Positions 25,402 to 36,950 of a DNA stretch of 64,000 nucleotides are shown piece by piece (the first letter of the stretch is position 1; every line of letters begins with the position of its first letter). The notes under the pieces are model-generated. The model was given only the letters and a program-made list of their open reading frames with translations, was not told where the DNA came from and searched no databases. A program made the translations under genes and the position numbers. Source of the stretch: Macrostomum lignano (lineage: Eukaryota); the NCBI GenBank assembly GCA_002269645.1, contig NIVC01003130.1, positions 54,060 through 118,059 on the forward strand, read 5' to 3'.

Positions 25402-28400
25402 TCAGTTGCGGACAAAGTAGTCTCCAGCGGTTCCGCTCAGACTGGCAGGCAGATTGACCGCCTTCAGCAGGTAGCACGTCAGTTCCTGAGCGGCAAAAAT
25501 CGCAGCCTTGCAGTCGAAGTTCGACTGGCAGATGATCACGCACTCAATATTGGATCGGGCACCGACAGTCAAATAGTCATTGTTAGGTACATAAACCGGC
25601 AAAATTGGACGCTTGGCCAAATTAAAGTTATCGCCGTCTAAAATGAGTGCGTTTAAAGGGGTGCGTTAAAGGTAAAACGTAAACGAAACACTCTCTACTA
25701 TTTTGGTGAGTCTGTGTGTACGCACACTTGCGTAAAAAATAAAAAAGTACCCAGTATTGCATGAATATTCATAATACTGCGTTTAGATTTAGACACCCCG
25801 TTTTTTAGCCTGATGTTTTCTAGCCTGATGTTTTCTAGCCTGATGTTTTCTAGCCTGATGTTTTCTAGCCTGATGTTTGCTAACCTGATGTTTGCTAGTC
25901 TGATGTTTTCTAGCCTGATGTTTTCTAGCCTGATGTTTTCTAGCCTGATGTTTGCTAACCTGATGTTTGCTAGTCTGATGTTTTCTAGCCTGATGTTTTC
26001 TAGCCTGATGTTTTCTAGCCTGATGTTTGCTAACCTGATGTTTGCTAGTCTGATGTTTTCTAGCCTGATGTTTTCTAGCCTGATGTTTTCTAGCCTGATG
26101 TTTGCTAACCTGATGTTTGCTAACCTGATGTTTGCTAACCTGATGTTTGCTAACCTGATGTTTGCTAGTCTGATGTTTTCTAGCCTGATGCTTTCTAGTC
26201 TGATGTTTGCTAACCTGATGTTTGCTAACCTGATGTTTGCTAACCTGATGTTTGCTAACCTGATGTTTGCTAGTCTGATGTTTTCTAGTCTGATGTTTGT
26301 TAACCTGATGTTTGCTAACCTGATGTTTGCTAACCTGATGTTTGCTAACCTGATGTTTGCTAACCTGATGTTTGCTAGTCTGATGTTTTCTAGTCTGATG
26401 TTTGCTAACCTGATGTTTGCTAACCTGATGTTTGCTAACCTGATGTTTGCTAACCTGATGTTTGCTAGTCTGATGTTTTCTAGCCTGATGTTTTCTAGTC
26501 TGATGTTTGTTAACCTGATGTTTGCTAACCTGATGTTTGCTAACCTGATGTTTGCTAACCTGATGTTTGCTAACCTGATGTTTGCTAACCTGATGTTTGC
26601 TAACCTGATGTTTGCTAGTCTGATGTTTTCTAGCCTGATGTTTTCTAGTCTGATGTTTGCTAACCTGATGTTTGCTAACCTGATGTTTGCTAACCTGATG
26701 TTTGCTAACCTGATGTTTGCTAGTCTGATGTTTTCTAGCCTGATGTTTTCTAGTCTGATGTTTGTTAACCTGATGTTTGCTAACCTGATGTTTGCTAACC
26801 TGATGTTTGCTAACCTGATGTTTGCTAACCTGATGTTTGCTAACCTGATGTTTGCTAACCTGATGTTTGCTAACCTGATGTTTGCTAGTCTGATGTTTTC
26901 TAGCCTGATGTTTTCTAGTCTGATGTTTGTTAACCTGATGTTTGCTAACCTGATGTTTGCTAACCTGATGTTTGCTAACCTGATGTTTGCTAACCTGATG
27001 TTTGCTAGTCTGATGTTTTCTAGCCTGATGTTTTCTAGTCTGATGTTTGTTAACCTGATGTTTGCTAACCTGATGTTTGCTAACCTGATGTTTGCTAACC
27101 TGATGTTTGCTAACCTGATGTTTGCTAACCTGATGTTTGCTAACCTGATGTTTGCTAACCTGATGTTTGCTAACCTGATGTTTGCTAACCTGATGTTTGC
27201 TAACCTGATGTTTGCTAACCTGATGTTTGCTAACCTGATGTTTGCTAGTCTGATGTTTTCTAGCCTGATGTTTGCTAACCTGATGTTTGCTAGTCTGATG
27301 TTTTCTAGCCTGATGTTTTCTAGCCTGATGTTTTCTAGCCTGATGTTTGCTAACCTGATGTTTGCTAGTCTGATGTTTTCTAGCCTGATGCTTTCTAGTC
27401 TGATGTTTGCTAACCTGATGTTTGCTAACCTGATGTTTGCTAACCTGATGTTTGCTAACCTGATGTTTGCTAGTCTGATGTTTTCTAGTCTGATGTTTGT
27501 TAACCTGATGTTTGCTAACCTGATGTTTGCTAACCTGATGTTTGCTAACCTGATGTTTGCTAACCTGATGTTTGCTAGTCTGATGTTTTCTAGTCTGATG
27601 TTTGCTAACCTGATGTTTGCTAACCTGATGTTTGCTAACCTGATGTTTGCTAACCTGATGTTTGCTAGTCTGATGTTTTCTAGCCTGATGTTTTCTAGTC
27701 TGATGTTTGTTAACCTGATGTTTGCTAACCTGATGTTTGCTAACCTGATGTTTGCTAACCTGATGTTTGCTAACCTGATGTTTGCTAACCTGATGTTTGC
27801 TAACCTGATGTTTGCTAGTCTGATGTTTTCTAGCCTGATGTTTTCTAGTCTGATGTTTGCTAACCTGATGTTTGCTAACCTGATGTTTGCTAACCTGATG
27901 TTTGCTAACCTGATGTTTGCTAGTCTGATGTTTTCTAGCCTGATGTTTTCTAGTCTGATGTTTGTTAACCTGATGTTTGCTAACCTGATGTTTGCTAACC
28001 TGATGTTTGCTAACCTGATGTTTGCTAACCTGATGTTTGCTAACCTGATGTTTGCTAACCTGATGTTTGCTAACCTGATGTTTGCTAGTCTGATGTTTTC
28101 TAGCCTGATGTTTTCTAGTCTGATGTTTGTTAACCTGATGTTTGCTAACCTGATGTTTGCTAACCTGATGTTTGCTAACCTGGTGTTTGCTAGCTTGATG
28201 TTTGCTAGTCTGATGTTTGCTAACCTGATGTTTGCTAACCTGATGTTTGCTAACCTGATGTTTGCTAACCTGATGTTTGCTAACCTGATGTTTGCTAACC
28301 TGATGTTTGCTAGTCTGATGTTTTCTAGCCTGATGTTTTCTAGTCTGATGTTTGTTAGCCTGATGTTTTCTAGCCTGATGTTTTCTAGTCTGATGTTTGC

Positions 28401-31304
28401 TAACCTGATGTTTGCTAACCTGATGTTTGCTAGTCTGATGTTTTCTAGCCTGATGTTTGCTAACCTGATGTTTGCTAACCTGATGTTTGCTAACCTGATG
28501 TTTGCTAGTCTGATGTTTTCTAGCCTGATGTTTTCTAGTCTGATGTTTGTTAGCCTGATGTTTGCTAACCTGATGTTTGCTAACCTGATGTTTGCTAACC
28601 TGATGTTTGCTAACCTGATGTTTGCTAACCTGATGTTTGCTAACCTGATGTTTGCTAGTCTGATGTTTTCTAGCCTGATGTTTTCTAGTCTGATGTTTGT
28701 TAGCCTGATGTTTGCTAACCTGATGTTTGCTAACCTGATGTTTGCTAACCTGATGTTTGCTAACCTGATGTTTGCTAACCTGATGTTTGCTAACCTGATG
28801 TTTGCTAACCTGATGTTTGCTAACCTGGTGTTTGCTAGTCTGATGTTTGCTAACCTGATGTTTGCTAACCTGATGTTTGCTAACCTGATGTTTGCTAACC
28901 TGATGTTTGCTAGTCTGATGTTTTCTAGCCTGATGCTTTCTAGTCTGATGTTTGCTAACCTGATGTTTGCTAACCTGATGTTTGCTAACCTGATGTTTGC
29001 TAACCTGATGTTTGCTAGTCTGATGTTTGCTAACCTGATGTTTGCTAACCTGATGTTTGCTAACCTGATGTTTGCTAACCTGATGTTTGCTAACCTGATG
29101 TTTGCTAACCTGATGTTTGCTAACCTGATGTTTGCTAACCTGATGTTTGCTAACCTGATGTTTGCTAACCTGATGTTTGCTAGTCTGATGTTTTCTAGCC
29201 TGATGTTTTCTAGTCTGATGTTTGCTAACCTGATGTTTGCTAACCTGATGTTTGCTAACCTGATGTTTGCTAACCTGATGTTTGCTAGTCTGATGTTTTC
29301 TAGCCTGATGTTTTCTAGTCTGATGTTTGTTAACCTGATGTTTGCTAACCTGATGTTTGCTAACCTGATGTTTGCTAACCTGATGTTTGCTAACCTGATG
29401 TTTGCTAACCTGATGTTTGCTAACCTGATGTTTGCTAACCTGATGTTTGCTAGTCTGATGTTTTCTAGCCTGATGTTTTCTAGTCTGATGTTTGTTAACC
29501 TGATGTTTGCTAACCTGATGTTTGCTAACCTGATGTTTGCTAACCTGATGTTTGCTAACCTGATGTTTGCTAGTCTGATGTTTTCTAGCCTGATGTTTTC
29601 TAGTCTGATGTTTGTTAACCTGATGTTTGCTAACCTGATGTTTGCTAACCTGATGTTTGTTAACCTGATGTTTGCTAACCTGATGTTTGCTAACCTGATG
29701 TTTGCTAACCTGATGTTTGCTAACCTGATGTTTGCTAACCTGGTGTTTGCTAGCTTGATGTTTGCTAGTCTGATGTTTGCTAACCTGATGTTTGCTAACC
29801 TGATGTTTGCTAACCTGATGTTTGCTAACCTGATGTTTGCTAACCTGATGTTTGCTAACCTGATGTTTGCTAGTCTGATGTTTTCTAGCCTGATGTTTTC
29901 TAGTCTGATGTTTGTTAACCTGATGTTTGCTAACCTGATGTTTGCTAACCTGATGTTTGCTAACCTGATGTTTGCTAACCTGATGTTTGCTAACCTGGTG
30001 TTTGCTAGCTTGATGTTTGCTAGTCTGATGTTTGCTAACCTGATGTTTGCTAACCTGATGTTTGCTAACCTGATGTTTGCTAACCTGATGTTTGCTAGCC
30101 TGATGTTTTCTAGTCTGATGTTTGTTAGCCTGATGTTTTCTAGCCTGATGTTTTCTAGCCTGATGTTTTCTAGTCTGATGTTTGCTAACCTGATGTTTGC
30201 TAACCTGATGTTTGCTAACCTGATGTTTGCTAACCTGATGTTTGCTAACCTGATGTTTGCTAACCTGATGTTTGCTAACCTGATGTTTGCTAACCTGATG
30301 TTTGCTAACCTGATGTTCGCTAACCTGATGTTTGCTAACCTGATGTTTGTTAGCCTGATGCTTGCTAGCCTGTGGGTTCGATTAGCGCTTGACTTTCGCC
30401 CACCGACGATGTATTCAGAAAAATTTTTATTTATTTATATGGGCCTCGTCCGTGTCGCAGCAGTCAATCGGGTAGGTAGTTTATCCCGTTCACTCTCTGA
30501 TAGAATGTCTGGATAACGAGCTGAACGGCTAGCAGACATCCGGTTAGCAAGCTGCTGGGTAATGGTGTCGACCCTGCTAAAAGAAGACTGTGGATTTTTT
30601 CTATCCTTGCTGCAATTATCGGTCGTGTAATGATGCAGCAAAAGAAGTTCCCTTGGCTTTTAGCATTCGTGAACTGTCGAAATCAAAGGACGCTGCTACT
30701 TCAGGTCATGTAGGCGTCATCTTGCGATCGGAATTTTGTGATTAATCTTGATCTATGCTTGATTTATATGATTATTCTTTTCGTGGAATTGTCTGCGCCC
30801 TTTATTTTAGAGAGAATCCAAACCATATTCACCCTCAAAACATGTACAGGAACAAAACATTGTATAATTTGTGAGAGCAGCGTTTTTTCACTTTAGTTGT
30901 CTAAGACAGCCTCCTACATAAGCTCAGTAACAAGCATTCTTCAACAACTTACGGTAGTAGATCAAAGAAAATACGAAGTTTCGCCAGCTGCCGCCGCACT
31001 TCTGAGCTGAGTTACCTGGGCAAGCCATGGCGCACTCGCTATCAGGGACTGCTCCATACGTTCCGAATGACCATCCGCAGTAGCACTGCTCTTTAATCTG
31101 CACGCCAAAGTACGAATAGCCTCTCTTATGGCAGAATCTGGCGCAGAGCTCTTGCGTCATCAGGTACGTGTCGCTAAATGAGGCTCCTTGAAGGTCTCTA
31201 TGTTGATCATCTTTGTAGCAGCCGACGTGTGAAAATCGAATGACTTGGCCAAAGACGCAGGTCAGGATATAGCAGGCAACGGTTATCAGAATTTTAGGAT
31301 GCAT
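25402..31304 (-). CDS. Secreted WSC-domain + PAN/Apple-like protein (copy B; exons 31304-30953, 25637-25402; 5.3-kb intron)
   Basis: MHPKILITVACYILTCVFG signal-like; WSC HVGCYKDDQHRDL...CARFC...GVQIKEQCYCG...CAMACPGNSAQKCGG; phase-1 GTAAGT donor and ttttAG acceptor; PAN-like ARSNIECVIICQSNFDCKAAIF...CYLLK...DYFVRN*. Confidence 0.75.
25806..30370. repeat. 4.5-kb 15-bp satellite (ctgatgtttgctaac / ctgatgttttctagc / ctgatgtttgctagt) with higher-order structure, intronic
   Basis: About 300 units; the 1567-aa MFANL ORF is an artefact of the 15-bp period. Confidence 0.97.
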
Positions 31305-31639
31305 TCCGTCTTGCAGGTTATTGGGAACAGTTGGACTTGCAAGAATGAGCTTGAGTGCGACTCTTATATGGAGAGGATACGCTTTAAATACGTACAAAAA
31401 ATGAATTAGAGTTCTACTGACAGTAGTGTAGATGCATCAAAATGTAATTAATATTTATTTCTGTATCGGCACTCATGCATAATTTCAGCCTCAGTTTTGG
31501 TTTTTGCTTTTGTACTGTCAAATTGCTGACTACAACCTGGAAATACTACGGGTACATCTAACCTCAGAGAAAATCGATAATTCGAAAGCTAAAGAAGAGC
31601 CCTTTTAGCATGAACCACAAGAGGTCAAAATGACTGGCT

Positions 31640-31800
31640 TTTTTGGTCAAAAACGTATTCCGGCCTTCTGGCGTCACTTAACTCGGCCGGTTCGTTACAG
31701 TGAAACCGTCTCCAGCTGAAATAGAAATCGTTACAGATGGGAAATGGGATGTCAACTTAAGCATTGGAATGAAGGACAAAGTCACCAAATTGACTACTGG
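31640..31800 (-). pseudogene. Truncated paralogous PAN-exon 5' end plus adjacent intron (fragment C)
   Basis: Aligns with 33820-33980 (acceptor ttcAG|ctggagacggtttcactg, in-frame TAA at 31678-31680). Homology stops after ...FLTKK and no partner WSC exon was found. Confidence 0.7.
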
Positions 31801-33658
31801 GGTGTCCCAAAAGTTCCCGGAAGGTTTGCTCTAGCTCCTCGTTACCTTAAACTATTTTTATGTTTTATAGGTCCACTAAAGTTCAGAAAATATGCTGATA
31901 TCTCTGATTGAATTTACGAGTTGAAATCCGTAGCATGTTCATTTTTTCTGCAATAACTCTTAAGCTATTACTTGTATCTGTAGCTATTACTATATCAGAA
32001 ACTGGCTGGCGTAAAAGCTTCCAGTCGGAGGAGGTATATTTACTTGTTTGGAAGACCCTGTGTTTACCGACCTGCCTACATCCTTTCAACTCCATGATCT
32101 ATTTTCCGGGGGGGGGTTCAATAGCTCAGATACTATTGTGAAAGAATTTAAAGACCTCAAACTTATGCGCTGTCATGGTTACTGATAAAGAAAACTTCGT
32201 TTTAAAACTTCTTTCAAGGCAACCTGACTGGGAGATCAAAGAACTGCGGCCCAAGTGCAAGACTAAAGCAAGCCACTGCAGCCCATTAGGAAGAGCACTC
32301 AGAATGTTTGATGGGGGCTCGGAGCAGCTCATCGGTACACACATTTGACTCTCTTGTTTAATTGTCTTGTGTGCACGAAAATTAGCCGGGTGGGTTGGTT
32401 TCGTGCGATTCACACCGATGAGGGCCAGGCCACTATGCACAGAGTTTACATGATGTCATTGGCGTGCTTGTTTGTGCTCAACAGTCAAAGGAGTGCACAG
32501 AATCGTTTGGTGATGTCGCCAAGAGGTTGCATTGCCCAACGTTAATCAGTACTGTTTCTTTCGGACCGGGGCCAAAATAGTCCGAAAGAATAGCCTCATG
32601 GTTTCAGCTAATTCACGCGCTGATGCTGATGATGCATGTAAAAAAGTGCTGGAAATATTCAGAAAGATGGATTCCATTCCCGTAGATTTTCCTGCGATTT
32701 GCAATTAGAAGTTCGATGTCAATCTTTGCTAGCTGCATAAAAATGCTTTCTAATGAGTTGTCAATTCTGAAAGCGAAACTCTCAATGCACCGTGTTCGTT
32801 ATTTGCTTTCTGATTTTAATCTTCTTTTCATTTTTTGCAATCTGGTTCCCTTTTCTTCTACTGTTTTTAAAAACCATTTTTCGCTAGTTCCGCTATTTAT
32901 CTGTGTATTTATTATTTTGTCTATTTGCTACCCGCGAGCGTAATTCCGTCGGCTTACATTTTCTGCTATGCATTTGTTTTCGACTAGTTATTTCGTGTAT
33001 AAAAGGCTTATTTCTTTTTTTCAAAATTTTAAATAAAATTTAAAACTGCAGGCCACTAGCTAGCTACGTGACGGTCAAAGAGTTTTTATTTTTTATGAGA
33101 TCAATACAAAGTAGTTCAACCTTAGTTTTAATGTAAATATTACTAAAACGCATTGAAAGAATGCCGCACCACAATATTTAATGACTAAAGCTGAGTTTTG
33201 TGTTCCGATTCCATGTTATAGTAAAACACTTTTATCTAAGAGTTCCTGTTATTATTTAGGATGTTGAATAAAGCTTAGCAAGCCAAAGAGTCATTTGTCT
33301 TTCAGGCATGCATCGATAAATCGTCGAAACTTCCATTGAATATTAGAGTAATATTTCCGGTACATCACCTGAATTACAGGTCCCAGTTTCTAAATTACAT
33401 GTAAATAATCAAAATAGTCAAAGCCTATTTAATAAGTATTGTTGCTCATTAAAGTGTTTCAATATGTTTAAGCTGCGTTCATTGAAGGAAACTTATTTTC
33501 TTTGATAGCATTTCTTTGATACAATGACAATATTTTTAATTCGTTAGATTAGGAGGTCTTCAAAAGTTATAAAAAGTGTTAGACAATTTCTGTTCTTGTT
33601 CTTGATATTAAAACTATTTTCCTCAAAAGAAGGAGTTGCTGACTAGTTAGAGATCAGC

Positions 33659-34655
33659 TCAGTTGCGGACAAAATAGTCTCCAGCGGTTCCATTCAGACT
33701 GCCAGGCAGTTGGGCCGCCTTCAGCAGGTAGCACAGCAGCTGCTGATTGGCAAAAAACGCAGCCTTGCAGTTGACTTTGGACTGGCAGAAGATCAGGCAC
33801 TCTGTGTAGGATCTGGCGGCTTTGGTCCAAAACTTACTCCGTCCTTCCGGCATCACTTAACTGGTCCGTTTCGTCACAGTGAAACCGTCTCCAGCTGAAG
33901 TAGAAATCATTACAGAAGGTGAAGGGAATGTCAACTTAAGCATCAGAATGGTATAGACGAAGTCACGAAATTGACTAGAAACTTTGAGATATCCCTTCCA
34001 GGTCCCTACCCTGCGCTCTTGGTGGAAAAAGTGGAGATTTCATCTTAACTTAAGACTAGAATGAAGCTCAAGGAAAAGCTACAGACCAAACTGACTGCAA
34101 TCGGAGTCCTAAACCCATGGAAACCTATAAGTGAGGCATTTGAATTGCTTTTTCTAGTTGTTTCTAGGGTGCTTCTAGTTGACTTGTCCGACAAGTTGTC
34201 ACATGACTGCCAGTTGATACATAGGCTTCAGTTTCCGTGTATAATATAACAGTAAACCGACAAAAATAATCTACTATAGCATACAAAGCCTTACCTTGAT
34301 AGACAAGGGAGAAGACCGAGTTTTTAAAACTCCCACCGCATTTCTGGGTTGAGTTTCCACGACAGTCGAAAGAGCAGCCGCTCTCCGCTACAGGCCCATA
34401 CAATCCATAAGCATTACCGCAAAAGCACTGTCTACCATTTTGTAAACCGAAAAACAGAAAATTTCTTTCTTCACAGAAGATGCTACAACGCTCATGAGTA
34501 GCTGTTTGAACCATATCCTTAAAGGGTCCTTTCAGGTCTCTATCGTGGTCATCTTTATAGCAACCAATGTAGATGAATGGAATCTCTTGGCCAGAAGAAG
34601 CCACCAGAAAAAAGACAGTCACACAGGTGACAAAAGCAAGCTTGATGAATAGCAT
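33659..34655 (-). CDS. Secreted WSC + PAN/Apple-like gene (copy D; exons 34655-34295, 33894-33659) with in-frame TAA at 33857-33859 before the PAN domain
   Basis: MLFIKLAFVTCVTVFFLVASSG signal-like; WSC YIGCYKDDHDRDL...CSIFC...GLQNGRQCFCG...CRGNSTQKCGG; GTAAGG donor; exon 2 AGDGFTVTKRTS*VMPEGRSKFWTKAARSYTEC... aligns without gaps to copy B. Confidence 0.7.
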
Positions 34656-35273
34656 GGTGGGTATAGAAAACTGCAGGTTTCTAACTATAAAGCGGCAAGT
34701 TATCTTCCTCATTTCGGCTGCTTTTATAGACGTGCCATGAAATATCCTAGATTAAAGAACTCTAACTGCACTACTGTTAAGTAGTACTTAGTATTGAATT
34801 TCGTTGATTTCCTACGTGACTTTTCAGGCTACAAGAAATTTCTAGAATAACAAGAAAACTGGATGAAATAACGCTCAATGGGGATGAGGGACTTAAGGGG
34901 GGTTGCTCTCATATGGCAGTCGGTGCTAACTGATTTTCTTTTTTAACAATTTTAAGTAGACTGACTGTAAATGGTTTTCACGTAATAACATTATTATTAC
35001 TGAATTTATTGCCTCCCAACCCCAAAGTGTTGCTAGTCTTCTATGCACGAAAGAAAAAAATTGGCTTCTGGCGAATAGCGAGTCTAATTTAGACGTTTTG
35101 AACTCACCAACAAATTTTGTCTAGGTTGAATCTTGATGCAAGCCTATTTACTATATAAAATTAGAAATTTACAATCAATCAATGTCTCGTTAATCTGGTG
35201 AAACTTGTGTAAAAACCGATTAACTCACGAATCTACTTGCCAACTTGGTTTTCAGCTCTGGCGATCCATTTGC

Positions 35274-36950
35274 ATGGCATTTGTGTTCAAATGGCAGTTT
35301 TCTTGCATCTTCCCGTTGGTGATTAATGTGTTCTTCATTGTCTCCGGCATCACAATGATGGCCTACGGCATCGCCGAGAAGATCGTGTCGAAGGAGGATG
35401 ACCAGGTTGGCAGGACGCAGAATTCAACCACAGACGGAACGCTCAGCATGTCCATTGGCATCATAGATATCATTATTGGCATCATCGGCCTCGTTACCTG
35501 CTTGACTGGCCTACGATATATGCTGTTTATTGTAAGTAGCTGATGTTGTTTGTGTATGGAGTTAAAGAATGAGTAAATGAAAGCTAGAGTCCTTTTTAAT
35601 TTTGAGTTAATCTATATTGCATTTCTGTTGTCTTTTGGTGTGTAGGCCTTTGTCACATATTGAGTTAGGTCGCGGGTTGACGGAATGGAAAAAGAACAAA
35701 AATTAGCTTTGATAGTAGCTCCTAGATTTACGGTCTTATGTCTTTCGGAAACATTGATTTCGGTTCAGTTTTTAATTAATGCTTTTCTTACTAAATCAAA
35801 ACCTCCAATATAATGTCTAATTAGTACGCAGGACTACTCTGCGGCTCCCTAGTTGGCAACCTGGCTTTCCTGGTTGGTTACAGCATCTCAGTGAGCATGG
35901 ATATGCAGGAAACCAAAGATTCGATAATGTCCGACGTACGGCGCAATTACGGCATAAACAGCGACCCTTGGATGCAGGCCATGTCCGAACTGCTGGACAA
36001 ATTTCAACGCGAGGTGAGACGATGATGTATGCTGAAGCCTGCTAAAGTGCTGCAAGTCAGTGGCAATAAGTTTCAGGTCTCGTAAACAGGATCTTCAGAA
36101 CATTAAAAAGTTCTTATCGTGATCAAGACATTTGTCTAAAACAAGCTCTCTAATCTACTTTCTCATCCAGGGCGCGTGCTGCGGCTGGTCGGGAATCGAT
36201 GGCAAAAACATTTACCTAGAAACGCCTTGGTACAAATCATTCAACGTGAACATAAATGGCAAAAAGCGGACTCTACCGGACTCGTGCTGTCTGGTGCACA
36301 GTCCGGACTGCAACACGGCGGATGACATCAAGGCCGCTAGAGAGAAAGGATTCGTTCACACAGAGGTGAATTCGCCTTATTTCTGCTCAAAAAAAGCTAC
36401 AGATATCAACTTAAAGGCTGTCGGTTCACAACGTATAAAAACATTGTAAAAGTCTCTGCGCAACTTTCGACTTTGCGAAGCGTCAGATTTTTTGCAGATT
36501 AATTGCTGCATATAATCCTGAATTCTAATAACTTACAGGACCAACAACTGTCGAAACTTTTTCCCATCATTCTTCAATGCTCGATCCTGCATCATAAAGT
36601 CTCAATTGTATATCAAGGAATAATTTCTACTTAACTCAATAAATCTGCACACATAAATGTGATTTTCCAGGACTGCATGGACAAAGCGATTAACAACTAC
36701 AAGTTCAACATGTGGATGGTTATTTCTGAAGTAATTCTATCATGCATCATGCAGGTGAGCAAATGGCTAAATATACATGTAATAATAATTAAAATGATGA
36801 TTATTCTGTTTCTAAACCGGCATTATGCCCTGAACATTAGCGTTCACTGAATACATAGTGAATGAGTAAATAATTAACGATGATTTTTTCTAGGGACTCG
36901 CTTTTGTGTTCTCCGTTGTGCAAATAGTGAGACCTTTCGATTCTGCCTAA
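35274..36950 (+). CDS. Tetraspanin, ~260 aa, 5 exons (35274-35531, 35825-36013, 36171-36365, 36671-36754, 36894-36950)
   Basis: All introns are GT-AG and phase 0; four hydrophobic segments; large loop with CCG and PDSCC motifs and 6 Cys; ends GLAFVFSVVQIVRPFDSA*. Confidence 0.88.

Noticed and set aside
25813-30516. 1567-aa MFANL/MFSSL ORF
   Set aside because: Artefact of a 15-bp satellite lying in the intron of an opposite-strand gene; no signal peptide or coding context.
32126-32440. Candidate WSC exon for fragment C
   Set aside because: No WSC cysteine pattern found in the frames examined.
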